Source: Eledone cirrhosa
Taxonomy: Eukaryota
Length of the DNA: 64,000 nt
Assembly (NCBI GenBank): GCA_964016885.1
Contig: OZ024742.1
Coordinates: forward strand, 300,948,001 to 301,012,000
Direction: 5' to 3'
The notes under the pieces are model-generated. The model did no database searches and was not told where the DNA came from. It saw nothing but the letters and a program-made list of their open reading frames with translations. Of this stretch, positions 12,961 through 26,483 are shown in pieces; the first letter of the stretch is position 1, and the number at the start of each line of letters is the position of its first letter. Made by a program: the position numbers and the translations under genes.

Positions 12961-15297
12961 TTTTCTGGTTTTATAATTTCACAAAGTTTTACCAATAGAG
13001 AGAGAGTCGGTTTCTAACATAGACACAAGACTCTCTCATTTGAATTTACACAACATCAACTAGGTAGATATGTATGTATGCATGCATGTGTAGATATGGA
13101 TGTTATTGTATGTGTGAATGTGTATGCTTTGAATTGTATGTGTGCATGTGTATATGCTTTGTATCTGTACATGTGTATATGCAGTTATTAGATGCAAAAT
13201 TTTTGGAATGTTTTACATATTTTTACTGTTTCATTAATGGATTGTACTTGTAATTTCCTAACTAGTCGTGTTCTTTGTGTTCCTGTGAAGCCTAGCTTCT
13301 CAAGATTTGTATTGAGGCAGTTACTAACATACTCCAGTGCCCCAATAATCACAGGCATAAATCTGAAGGTATAATCAGGGTGGAGTATCTGTAGATTTCT
13401 CATCAGTTCTGCATAAATATTCTCCTTTTCGCTAATCTTTGATATTATATTGGCATCTGCTGGGCAGCGAATTTCCACTACTGTGAATGACTTCTTCTCC
13501 CTGTCCCATATCATAATATCTGGTCTGTTATGCCTGCATTTTATTGGGGTTTTTACTGGAACATTCCACCAGTACTCTTTCATATTATGTACATGGATGT
13601 CTTCCACATTGTTGTAGCTTTTAATGTGTTTATTATCAGGGCTACCTTTTTTACGGATTGCATTGTACAGTGATTTGGCCACTACATCATGCCTCATAGG
13701 TAGATAGTACCGCGATGACATCTTTGGACAGGTGCTGATGACATGGGGGATATCTTCGATGTTAGTTCTGCAGAGTCTGCACTTGTTATCCCATTTAGGT
13801 GTTTTTCATGCATCCCTATCTCTTTTGTGAATCAGGTATTTCGTGTTAATTTTCTGTTCTTGGATTGCAAAAGCGTATCCTTCAAAGTGGGAGCAAATAT
13901 AGCGGTTGTTGGTCCAAGATAGATACTTTCCTATTCTATATTACTCTCACTCTGGAGCTTCCTGGCAACATATACATGCATGAATTTTTGCTGATAAGCA
14001 TGCAGTTTTTCATCCATGGATTCACTGCGATACTGCTAAGCGACTTCCCTGGGTGTGAGTTTTTGATTATCACACAGGGAAGTTCCTCGAGAAGTTCCTT
14101 CCCAACTCTCATGATCTTATCTGTTTCATGCAGATAGACTTGCTCGAGAGACGGGCTCCTACGCTTCGAGGTTCGTAGATGTTGTCGGAGGGATATGATG
14201 CGACATTCAAATGCTGTCTGGACTGATGTTAGGCCTCTGCCTCCCTGCTTACGTTTCAAGTAAAGGCGGTCTATGTCACTGTTGATGTGGAAGTTTCCGG
14301 TGTTGTTTAGTATTTTTCGAGTTCCAACATCAACTGCTCGGATTTCGTCTATCGTCCAATTGAGTATTCCAAACGTTGGTGTTAGGACAGGCACAGCAAA
14401 CACATTGTGAGCCACTGTTTTGTTTTGCACAGAGAGTTCCGATGACCAAATCTTTCTTAATCGGGTGTAGTATTCCCTGGTTACGCGTTCCTTATTACAG
14501 ATACCATTATAGGATATGTTCTCATCTATCTCCAGGTATCTGTAGCAGTCCTCATCAGATATCGGTGAAACAGTTAGGCCATTGATGACAATGTTGCTAG
14601 ATTGGGTTGTTGTTTTTCCCCGCTTTACAGTCATATATAAGCATTTATCTTGGTCAAACTCCATTCCTATATCCTTTGAGAACGTTGTAACCAGGTCATG
14701 ATATTTCTTCATCCCATCCATGGCATAGAGTTTCAGATCATCCACAAAGAATTTATGGGTTAGGTACGTATTTCTGTCCTCCTGTGAGCCAATGATGTAT
14801 CCTTCACATTTCCTGAGCAGAAAAGACAAGGGATTTAATGACAAGATGAAAAATAACAGAGAGACTGTCTCCCTGAAATATACCCCTGCGATATTTTATT
14901 TTATCAGTGAAAATAGAGTCCTCTTTCTCTGTCTTTAATCTTAGGATAGTAGCCCAAAAAGAAGACAGCCTCTCTATGGCTCTGATAATAATGTCTGGGA
15001 CTTTAGCAAGCTGGAGGGCCTCTATCATCCAAGAGTGGGGAACAGAATCGAGAGCTTTCCTGTAGTCCAGCCAGACTGTAGCCATATTGCTCCTAAGTTG
15101 CCGCACTTCCGACATCGCAGTTTTGTTGATTAGGAGTTGTTCAGCACATCCCCCAAACCCCTTTCTTTCCAGCTGCTTCTTCATCTGTGATGATGTTATT
15201 ATTTTCACAGTGATCTTGGAGGAATAGGTTCAGGCAGGCTGTATACATCTTATACATCAGGTTCTGGCATGCAATGGGTTGGTAGTTTTTTTCCAAG
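12961..15297 (-). mobile_element. 5'-truncated R4/Dong-like retrotransposon (RT, CCHC, RLE; frameshifted)
   Basis: ORFs 14804-15208 (WLDYRKALDSVPH, RRGIFQGDSLS), 13936-14844 (FVDDLK, LYLKRKQGGRGL), CCHC finger near 13730-13782, and 13188-13721 (RHD, RPD, VEI motifs). Confidence 0.9.
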
Positions 15298-15639
15298 TGT
15301 TGTATGTATGTATGTATATTTTGTCCTGTGGGAGCCAATGAGTTAATGGTGACTATTATAATTGTTTGCCCCCCCCCCCCCCCCCCCCAAGTCAACTCAG
15401 ACCCAACAAACCTATAATCAATATTTTCCAGTCGTGACCATTCGATCTTTTATTTAGTTAGTATAGCCAGGATAGAATGTGCCCTTACGTAGGTGCTACC
15501 TGAAGATTTGAGTAATATTTTGGGGGATCAAGTGATTCCTCTGAGACTCCTTTTATGGTATGCAATAGTGGCAGTAGTAGCAGTAATAGGCCTAAGAGAT
15601 CGATTGATCGCTAGCTAGATAAATAGATAGATAGATATA

Positions 15640-18600
15640 TTTCTTTATTTGCCACAAGGGCGCACAAGAAAAGGGGGCAATACAAAGACACATGCCGGGG
15701 ATTTTACATACAGTCGTGTAAAAATGTTGAAACAAACAATTATAACAATCGAAATCCCCAATAGGGGCGAGGCCCCACAAATGGGTTGTTTAATACCCCG
15801 TCGATAGAACAACCCTCAAAATCAGGAGCGTGTTGTGCAAGTGTTCCTTTCTTCCTTTTGCTTTCTTCTTTAACCTACAGGCTTATAAACAGAGAAGGTC
15901 CAATCACTCGGACTATTTTCGCTTCATTCACCCACCTTTCAGTAAATTTACTGGGGTGCAGTGCCTCTCTCTCCACTCTGATTTTCCTTCTAAAGTGATA
16001 CTTAAAGAAGGGAATCAATTGTTGTCCGGAGAGAAAGGCATCTGTCCTCAGTCCTCTCAATATCGTCCACCATATAACCTCTTTCACCATAGCCACTGTA
16101 AAGAGGAAAACCGCCTCTCTTTCGTTTTTGAAAGAGGCTGGCGGTTTGATCCTTACTATGGACTCGGCAGTCAACTGGATTTGTCCCATACGCGACAGCA
16201 GTTGTTCTGCATAGTTCCACGGGTCGCTTACGCCCGGGCAGTGTACAATTGCGTGCAAGACGGTTTCAATGTCCTGCTCGCATCTTGGACACGTCCTCTT
16301 GGAAGGATCCCTGCCGGGACATCCGTGCCTGTAGATCTTGTCTCGAACGGGAAGAGCTCCTCGGTAGCACTGCCAGGCCAGGAAGTTGTCCATAGGTCCC
16401 GGGCGGAAGGTCCTACCGAACAGACTAGTGAACTCGTCGTCTTCAATGCTTAGAGTCTCCCCGAGCACGTCGTGGCACTTGTAAAGTACTAACCCTCTAT
16501 AGAATGTCGAAGTGGAGTCTCCACTGATTGCTGTGCCCGCTTGATAGAGGACTGTGAGCGCCTGGGAGCATTCAATGTGCCAGGCGCCCATCTTCTTCGG
16601 TCTTCGCTTGACCCAGGACTGCAACTCCGTCAGCGAGACAAGTTGTGGAAAGGCCTATCTCACAAACGGTGCCCACACCGGTTGGTTGGTTAGGAATACC
16701 TGGAGATGCCGTAGCCTCAGCGCATGTTTGCGCATCATTAGCCACGGCGTGCCCAGCCCTCCGTTGGAAGGATGTTGACAGCAAACGGATCGCCTCACCA
16801 GTGGAGCCTGCTTCTTCCACAGGAACTGGAAGAGCCTGCGTTCCATCTTGATGAGATATTCACGGGGACAAGGCACGACAGTCAAGCGGTAGTAGATGAC
16901 GGACGCTATAAAAGTGTTCGCCACCTCCGCTCGACCATTCAAAAACAGTTTGCACTCTGCCCACTTCTGGGTGAGCGCAAATACCTTGGCCATTACCTCG
17001 TTCAAGTTTTTCTCCACCTGGAGGTCTGGACCGAACCAGACCCCGAGCAATTTCACTGGTCCTTCCGTCCAGCGTCCGACGAACCTTTCGTATTCCTGTA
17101 GTAGGTTCCCGATTACCTCGATTTCCAAGGTTTTCGACACCATTATCGTCACGTCGTCGGCATAAGCTGATGCCGCTTTTCGCAGTCCCGGTTCTAAAGG
17201 GATGCCCTGCAAAAGCTCCAACTTGACCATGGCTCCCGTCAACTCTTGCTTAACTAATCTACTTATCCGTTCACTGTAGGCTTTTCGTGCCGGCAACGAC
17301 ACGTTCAGCTTCCAGTATCCGGGTTCTTGACTATGTATTCTATCACGGTTGACTATGCAGACGACTAGTTTGTGATCTGAATAGGCAACCATGCGCATTT
17401 GTGACAGCTTAACATCTTCTTGTCTTTCTCTCTAATGAAAAACATATCTAGATACGATATAGATGTCCCGCTGCGGTTTGCCCACATCCACTGTCGTGCA
17501 GTCGGGAAATCTAATCGATATCTATCGGCCAGTTGGAATTGGCCGATTAGATTTGAGGCTGTTGCACCTCGCTCTACTAGGACATGCTCCCACATAGTCC
17601 CATCGTGCATCTAGGATACCATTCCAGTCCCCCACTAAAAGCAAGGAGCGAGACGTTCCCAGAAAAGACTCTAGACGCTTAAAGAAGTCTGGCCGCGATT
17701 GTGATTGCTCTGTCCAGGGCATAAACAGCCACCAGTCTGAAGGCTCCACCTCCAATACTGTTCACGTCTAGGACTACCAGTCTACCCTCCGGGTCCAAGT
17801 GTACTTGCTGTACTTCGAGATCCAGGTTTTTCCGAAATATGACAGTCACTTTCCCTCCACCTCCCGGCTGACAGAGAGATGCGTAGATCTCAAAGTCATT
17901 GAAGATGGGGTTAGTTGTTGCCTGTTGTGGATCCTGGACTCGGTGATGGCTATTACATCTATGCCGTGAGCCCTAAGGTCGTTTAAAAGTTGGCCCTGTT
18001 TCCAGGGCATCCCTAGGCCACGCACATTCACGCTTCCAACTCGTAAGTCAGCCATGTTGGTGGTGAAGAGTTGGCGAAAAGGACGAAAAGGTGCACTTAC
18101 CTTTTCGTTTCCTGGAGATCGGGTTGTTCAATCTCCATTCAGTTCTGGTGGGGGTGTTGAGTGGGGTGGGGAAACATTTCAACAGGACACGGTTTATTGG
18201 TTTTTGGCAGGGGTTGCCAACGTCCTGTGAAAACTGTTCTTTCAATTTCTGATAGGTTTCTATCGAAACCCTTATTAGTTTTAAGTGCGGTTGAGAGTCT
18301 GCTTTGACAAAAGTTTTCCCCTCAGTTTCCACTTTGGGGTCCTATGAGATGATCTCAATCAAATTTTTGTTGTTTGTGTTAATGTATGTGTATTGTTGTT
18401 TGTTTTGTTTTTTTTGTGTTGTTTTGGTTTGTTGTTCATTTTGTAGTTTCTTTTTATGGTGGACATTTTTGTTTGGGGTGGTGTTGGTGTTTGTTTTGCT
18501 GTTAGGAGGGGGGGGTGATTGTGGTGTGTTTGTGTTGTTGTGTGTGTTGATGGTTGTGTGTTCGTGTTGTTTTTGTGGCTTTGTGGTGTCTCTTTTTTTA

Positions 18601-19265
18601 TTTTTTTTTTATTTCCGAGGCTCTCCTTCATCTTCACTTGGGGATGGAGAAGTAGCCTCGTCTGGTGATGAATCGTCATCAGGGGCGTGTGGGAGGGGTA
18701 TGTTGTGTGGTGATGGTTTGTTTGTGTGTGTGATTGTGGTAGTGTTGGATGGAGTGAGATGAGGTGGGACTGTGTTTTTCAGGGGAATTGTTTGTGTTTT
18801 TTCTGTTGTTTGTGGTTGAACGGTTGTTTGTTTTTGTTTGTTTTGCTTGTTTTGTGTGTTGTTGTTGTTGTGGTTTTGGAGTTGGTGTTGGTAAAATAAC
18901 TTTTTGGGGAGTGGTGGTGTTTGTTCGTAATAGGGGACAGGAGGCCTTTAAATGCGATGTGCTTGCGCATTTAAAACAATGTGGCCTCCCATCTTCTGCC
19001 GAAATCTGTATATAGTTTGTATAGTCTACTGGCACCCTTTCTGGTATCTTAGAAATTCTGTCCGGTTTCATTTGGACCAAAATTTCCAAGCTTGTGCCGT
19101 TCCAGGTGTTTCTTGTGGATTTTTGAATCGACAGTATCGTGTCTTCATCCTCCTCCAAGAACCTTGCCAGAATCCACAAGATGTTAATGTTGGGTGGTAT
19201 ATTGGTAATGTTTATTCTTTGTGTTCTTTTTCCTATGTATGTAGGGAAAAAGGTGTGTGGCAGAG
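15640..19265 (-). mobile_element. Decayed Tx1-like LINE with a large internal RT deletion
   Basis: ORF1 zinc knuckle CFKCASTSHLKASC; APE motifs (SVNVRG, VGDWN, SDHK); LTGAMV joined directly to KLELLQGIP; AYADD; C-terminal CPRC...H...C; GATA tract at the 3' end. Confidence 0.9.
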
Positions 19266-19269
19266 GTGA

Positions 19270-21176
19270 CCGGGGTCACTGAGTATTTTTTCGCAACGGC
19301 CTCACTTTTGAAGAGCACCAAAATGTTTGTGGTGAATACACATTAACTGAAAATCGAAAAAACATCACTGATTTACTTGAAAGAGCGTATATGGCATATT
19401 TTGGGGTCAAGCTGGGAGACCAAGATAAATATTGAACACCGCATAGTGTCTGCAAACAATGTACAGAACATTTGCGACAAAGGAAAAGTATGAGGTTTGC
19501 TATACCAATGGTATGGCGGGAGCCCTATAATCACGTGGACGACTGCTATTTTTGTAACCTAAATTTGAAGGGTATTAACCGGCAAAATCGACAAACGCTT
19601 GTCTATCCAAATCTTGCCTCTGCTATTAGACCGGTTCCACACAGTGAAGAGCTACCTGTTCCTATTTTCAATGTCTTGCCTCAGATAACTTTACCCTCAA
19701 CCAAAGAAGATTCATCACCTGAAGATGACATTAGAGATCAAGACTTTTCAGTTGAGACTTTACCTCAGATATTCTCCCAGGTAGAGCTGAATGATCTAGT
19801 TCGTGATTTGAACCTCCCCAAAAATTCTGCAGAACTGTTGGCTTCCCGACTGAAAGAGAAGAATCTTCTAGAGAATGGTGTCCGTATAACCTTTTATAGG
19901 AGTCGGCATGAAGAGTTCCTTTCTTTCTTCACAAAAGAGGAAGAGCTGGTTTACTGCAGAGATGTCAGTGGGCTTCTTAATAAACTTGGCATTGAGGAAT
20001 ACAAACCAGAGGAATGGCGTCTTTTCATAGACATCACTAAGCGTAGTTTAAAATGTGTATTGTTGCACAACGGAAATGTGTATGGTTCTGTCCCAAACGG
20101 CCACTCAACAACTCTGAAGGAAAAATATGAAGAAATTAAGTTGGTTTTAGAAAAGATACTGTATCATGATCATAAATGGGTCATCTACGTTGACTTAAAG
20201 ATGGTGAATTTTCTCATGGGACAGCAATCTGGTTATACCAAATACCCATGCTTTCTTTGCATGTGAGACAGTAGAGACCGAGTAAACCACTATGTTAAGA
20301 AAGACTGGCCGCCTCAAACAAATATGGCTCCATGTAGAGCTGCCAATATATTGGAAGAACTTTTAGCTGAGCGAGATAAGATCATTTTACCCCCTTTGCA
20401 CCTCAAACTCGGATTGATCAAGTAATTCATCAAAGCTCTTGAAAAAAATGGGGAGTGCTTCAAGTATATCTGCAATGAATTTCCAGACTTGACGATTGAA
20501 AAACTTAAAGCAGGGATTTTAGATGGACCACAGATACGTAAGCTCTTGAAGGAGACAAATTTCGTGAAAACGATGAGCGAAAATGAAGCATCAGCTTGGC
20601 TAGCCTTTGCAGAAGTAGTGCAAAATTTCATTGGAAAACACAAAAGTGAAAACTATAAAGACCTTGTTACCAACTTGATATCACTTTTCGTGATATTGGC
20701 ACGAATATGAGCATCAAAATAGTCATCTTGATCGTTTTCCTGAAAATCTCGGAGTTGTTAGCGATGAATAAGGAGAACGATTCCATCAGGACATCAAGGA
20801 GATGGAAACTCGGTACCAAGGACGTTGGGACGCTGTGATGATCGCAAACTATTGCTGGTGTTTAAAACGAGATACACCTGTTGCTCAACATTCACGGTGC
20901 ACAAAGAAACGTAAATTTATTCCTTGAATTTTCTGCCAAAAATCTTTGCCAATGTGCATTCTTTTGAATTTTTATTTGTACTTTGTTTTGTTTTGTGTTA
21001 CGCTCTCTTTATTGATTCATATTATATGCCTCTTGTATGAATAAAATACTTACTCTATCAGGTCTAGTCAGAATAGAGAAAAACTGAAATTACTTTTGAA
21101 TTTAGCAGGCAAAATCACTTAAGAATTCGTTAAAATATTCCAGGCACCAGACAAAAAAAATGTTTTTGTTATCCAT
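19270..21176 (+). mobile_element. Chapaev3-like (CMC superfamily) DNA transposon, transposase pseudogene
   Basis: Motifs YFGVKLGDQDK, PMVWREP..H..DCYFC, EWRLFID, LKCVLLHNGN, GYTKYPCFLC, PPLHLKLG, DGPQIRKL, GERFHQD; several stops. Family name is recalled from motifs, not searched. Confidence 0.7.
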
Positions 21177-21179
21177 TAT

Positions 21180-22027
21180 AATGGATAACAATAAACTATA
21201 TACAAAATAAAACAATCGAGGGGAACGTTACTGCGGGGTTGTTTTACACCCCGTCGATAGAACAACCCTCAACACCAGGAGCACGTTTTGTAGGTGTTCC
21301 CGTCTTCCCTCTGTTTGTCTTCCTCAACCTACAGGTTTATATACAGAGAAGGCCCATTCACTCGAGCCATTTTCGCCACATTCACCCACATTTCAGCGAA
21401 TTTACTGGGATGTAGCACCTCTCTCTCCACTCTTACCTTCCTTCTGAAGTGGTACTTCTAGAAGGGGATGAGTTGTTGTCCGGAGAGAAAGGTGTTTGCC
21501 CTCAGTCCTTTTAACCTCGTCCACCATATTTCGCCATAACCACCAGGCAGATGAAAACCGCCTCTCCTTCATTATTCAATGAAAGCGGCTGAGTGATCCT
21601 CACGATGGACTCGGCTGACAACTGGATGCGTCCCACACGTGACAGTAGCTGTTCGACATAATTCCACAGGTCGGTCACCCCTGGGCACTGAACAATTGCG
21701 TGCAAGACAGTTTCCATGTCCTGCTCGCATCTTGGACAGGTCCTTTTGGCAGGATCTCTGCCAGGGCGTCCGTGCCTGTAGATCTTGTCTCGAACTGATA
21801 GAGCTCCGCGTTAGCACTGCCAGGCCAGAGACCCCTGGAAGTTATCCATAGGCCCTGGACGGAAAGTCCTCCAGAACAGACTTGTCAGTTTGTCCTCTTC
21901 GATGCCTAGAGTTTCCCCGAGAAAATCGTCGCATTTATCCTCCACTAATCCCCTATAGAATGTCGAAGTGGAGTCTCCGCTGTCTACCGTTTCCGCTTGG
22001 TAGAGGGCCGTGAGCGCCTGAAGGCAC
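21180..22027 (-). mobile_element. 5'-truncated Tx1-like LINE fragment
   Basis: ORFs 21811-22047 and 21511-21717 match the C-terminus of the 1142-aa ORF2; the 5' junction abuts agatagatagatagata. Confidence 0.85.
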
Positions 22028-22090
22028 TCGAGGTGCCAGGCACCCAAGATAGATAGATAGATAAGTAGGGAAATACATCATTGTCGTAGC

Positions 22091-22255
22091 CAGTGCCAGA
22101 TTTACTCCTGTGCTTAGCTGTGTTTAAGCACAGGACCACGTTGGCCAGGAGGGACGATCTTCTTGCCAAAAAATTTGTTTACTTCCGTCAGGCCCAAATA
22201 AGGGTCTTCATAACTTACTTAGCACAGGGCCTCACTTGTTCTAAATCCGGCACTG
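22091..22255. mobile_element. hAT MITE with perfect 8-bp TSD
   Basis: TIRs CAGTGCCAGATTTA / TAAATCCGGCACTG; TSD gtcgtagc on both sides. Confidence 0.85.
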
Positions 22256-22925
22256 GTCGTAGCCTATAATAATTCAATACACATTTAATATACTATGTGA
22301 CACAATGTATAACAAGACTGGCACTTTATATTACAAGTACTGTCCATTTGATGGGCTTCCAAACAGTTTCCGTTTACCAAAATTTACTCACAAAATGTGC
22401 GTCGACCCAAGGCTGGTAAATGACACTTTCCCAGGATGCCAAGCAATGAGATCGAACTCGGGCCCTAATAATTATGAAGTGAACTTCCAAATAATGAGAT
22501 AGGGGCCGAGGGAGGGTGAGAATGTGTATGTAAGAGAGAGAGAGAGAGAGAGAGAGAGTCGGGGAGTGTGTGTGTATGTGTGTGTGAGGGTGAAAGAGTA
22601 TTTGTGTGTGCATGTGTGTGAGAGAGAGTGTGTATGCGTTTTTAAGAGTGAGTGAGAGTGTGTGAGGGTGAGAGAGTGTGTGTAAATGTGTGTGTACGTG
22701 TGTGAGTGTGCGTGTATGTGTGTGCATGTGTGTAAATGTGTGTGTGCATGTGTGCATGTGTGTGTGTGCGCATATATGTGTGTGCATGCGTGTGTGTACA
22801 TGTGTGTATGTGTGTGCATGTGTGTAAATGACAGAGAGAGACCATGTGCGTTTGTGAGAGAGAGAGAGAGAGGGAGAGAGAGAGTGTGTGTATGTGGGTG
22901 ACGAGAGTCCATGTGTCTGTGTGAG

Positions 22926-23036
<111 letters not shown>

Positions 23037-23394
23037 GGGGAGAAAGAAAGAGATAGTGACAGGCGGCCAGAAAACGACAGCCGAAATAACGAGAGCAATA
23101 TACGAAGTTCAGGAAACAATATATATTTAGTCCGGATGTCTCCACTTTATTGCCTGAGTAATTCGTCTGGTTCACATGGTCTGGACATCTTTGCTTTGAA
23201 GGTCAGACACCAGCAACAATAATAACAGTAGCAACAACAACTAAAGCAACAATAACAATAGCAACAACAGCAGCAACAATAACAACAAAAATACAAAGAT
23301 TTGCCGCAAAACAATGTCAAGAACTGCAACAAGAATAATATCAACTGCATATATATATTTATACACACACATACATACACATATATGTGTATGC

Positions 23395-23574
<180 letters not shown>

Positions 23575-23651
23575 AACAGAAATGACAACACAATCGGTAT
23601 AGTATATGGAAGGAATATATTAGGGTAACGCTTGAAATAGCAGGAAGAGGG

Positions 23652-23687
23652 TCTTAACGTTTCGGACGCTAGTCCTTCATCAGAAGA
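23652..23687 (-). ncRNA. Minimal hammerhead motif of Penelope-type remnant
   Basis: ucuu-CUGAUGA-a-ggac uagc gucc-GAAA-C-GUU-aaga; palindromic AACGUU in place of stem III. Confidence 0.55.
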
Positions 23688-24088
23688 AATAATGAGAAAT
23701 TAGATAGATTGAAGGGAGGGACGGGCGGGGTGGAACTGGAAAAAATGTCTGTAGATAAAAATAACAGGTCCATTCATGTTGGCATCTCTTGGAAATATAT
23801 ATATATATATATATGTGTGTGATTTACCTATACATAAAGTCATAGATATATATGTGGCAACCGTTCACGATGTGGCTCAATGAAGAATTAATAAATTAAA
23901 TAATTGTTTCTACTTTTGGCACAAGGCCAGCAATTACCCAGTACATTACTGGTACTTTATTTTATCGACCCCGTATGGATGAAAGGCAAAGTTAACCTCG
24001 GCGGGATTTGAACTCAGATCATAAAGGGACGTAACTATGCTGGAAAGCATGTCCGAGCCTCTACCGATACTGCCAATTCACTAGAGCA

Positions 24089-24693
24089 ATATATCATAAA
24101 TCATGTCCTTAGAATCATTAGATAAAATATATATACTTTAATAATCTCCCGTTGGATTGAGATGCAATTTGGGCGATATTGGGCTGCGCTTTCTAGCAAC
24201 CAGCCTACTCGCCGTAAGCAACTAATCACATTCTTTCTAACTTGACCACTGCCACGTCACGATTCTTAGCCATTTTTTAAATCTATTTCTGGCGGGATCG
24301 CTTTGGAAAATTAACTGTCCTATTGAGTTTGTCTCCTGGTGAGTTCGATACTCGAGATTTATCCTTAATAGGATATCTCAAAATACGAACGAAACCATGG
24401 TAGAGATATAATTACGATATGTACGCATTTCTTCTAACTTTAAATTTATACCTAATTGTGTATGGTTGACGGAAAATTTGGTCAGTTTCTACATGCTGTT
24501 GAAATGTTGGGTAAATACGCTATTGTGGTCAACCGCGAAGAGGCTGCTTTCGGTTATTTATCAAATATATCTTCATAGGAGCCTTTATTCTTATAGCCTG
24601 GTCTAATTGATTTTTTATATGGTTAATTGTGCTAATTTGGGAGAGGAAATAGTATATATATTTTATCTAATGATTCTGAGGACATGATTTATG

Positions 24694-24699
<6 letters not shown>
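24089..24699. mobile_element. MITE-like element with about 50-bp terminal inverted repeats
   Basis: atatatcataaatcatgtccttagaatcattagataaaatatatatact at the left end; its reverse complement (1 mismatch) at the right end. Confidence 0.7.
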
Positions 24700-24771
<72 letters not shown>

Positions 24772-24832
24772 CTATGTGTGTATCTATGTATGTATGTATA
24801 TATATATATGTATATATAAATATATATGTATG

Positions 24833-24863
<31 letters not shown>

Positions 24864-24876
24864 ATGTATATATACG

Positions 24877-24911
<35 letters not shown>

Positions 24912-25036
24912 GAACCAGTAAGACCCCGACAGCTGAGCTCAAGGTCTTACTGGTTCCTATTACCCACTCTACTACCCCAAGTATTGAGTACTTTGGTGCG
25001 TTATGGTCCACCTGGTTCCTTACCACATTTCCTTCG

Positions 25037-25111
<75 letters not shown>

Positions 25112-25319
25112 AGAGTATTGAAGTTTGCTTGAAGCATTGTGGAATAATAAGATATATTTTCTTTTGGTCGTTTTGGAAGCCTCAACAATGCAGATGGGTA
25201 ATTCTCCGGGTAACAATATCCGGTGGTGAAGAGAGAGATGTAAGTGAATGCAGAATGAGATGTATAGTGTGTAGAAGAACGTAGACGTGTATAGAAGAAC
25301 GTCTGGAAGCAGAGAAACA

Positions 25320-26382
25320 TCCAAGGCAAGTGCTTCCTTAAAATACCACACCTGGGCGAGAATACCACCAACGCTATCCGCAGGGCTATACGGAGGGAGG
25401 GCCTCAACATCCAACTGGCCTACTCGGGCCCCTCCCTGCGAAGATGCCTCTCCAGGAAACCCGGGAAATCGACTGACGCGTGCTCCCTCAGAAACTGCCC
25501 GATGCGCCATACGAACTGTTGCCTACGCACATACGTCGTGTATAAGGTAGAATGTGATAAGTGCAACCACTACTATATCGGTAGCATAATCCGGCCGCTA
25601 CACATCCGGATCAAGGAGCACCTCAACACCAGGGCCTCGTCTTTCCGGAAACACATAACCAAATGCGGAAACAAAGACGGAAGGTCACAGTGCTAGCGAC
25701 AGAACGTAACGTCGGCACGTTACGGATCAAGGAATCACTTTGGATCAAACGCCTAGGGCCACAAATAAATAACCGATCCGAGAGAAGCGAAATGAGGTGG
25801 TTGGTTTAAACAAACCAGGCAACAACACACGCACACGCACACACACACAAGCGAGACAACAACACACGCACACACACACAGTAGCATTCACCAAACAGGC
25901 AGACGAAATGAGTTGGTTTGAACAAACGAGACAACACGCGCACACACACACACACATAGTAGGATTCACCAAACAGGCAGGGAATACCACCACCACACGA
26001 ATACACTATACAACACTGCTAATACAGAAACCAACACAGACAGATAATACAATGGATTGACAGCTAACCCAACCCCACTCTCACAATTAGAAGAACTATT
26101 TCGGCCGTCGACCTCTGTTTGACCGAACTCATTTCGCGCGCGCGCGCTCTGCTGAATACCTCAGATATTCAAAACCACTAACAGCAGAGGACACGCATCG
26201 CTCCTCTCCGACAGATAACTTTTCCACTTTTCCAAATATCGTCTTCCTGATTTCCTTCGGTTGCAACGTTTTTCGAAATATTTACTTCTGCGTTCACAGA
26301 TTGATTTTTTTAGTTTCAGAAGATCCCGTTAAGGGTGAAAGCAGCGATTCTTTGCTTAAACTTTAATCTGTTATTTTAATAA

Positions 26383-26385
<3 letters not shown>
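25320..26385 (+). mobile_element. Penelope-like element, 3' fragment (GIY-YIG endonuclease and 3' region)
   Basis: Cys-rich linker then VVYKVECDKCNHYYIGSIIRPLHIRIKEH...LRIKESLWI...PQIN; ends in (TA)n. Confidence 0.85.
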
Positions 26386-26471
<86 letters not shown>

Positions 26472-26483
26472 TATGTATACGTA

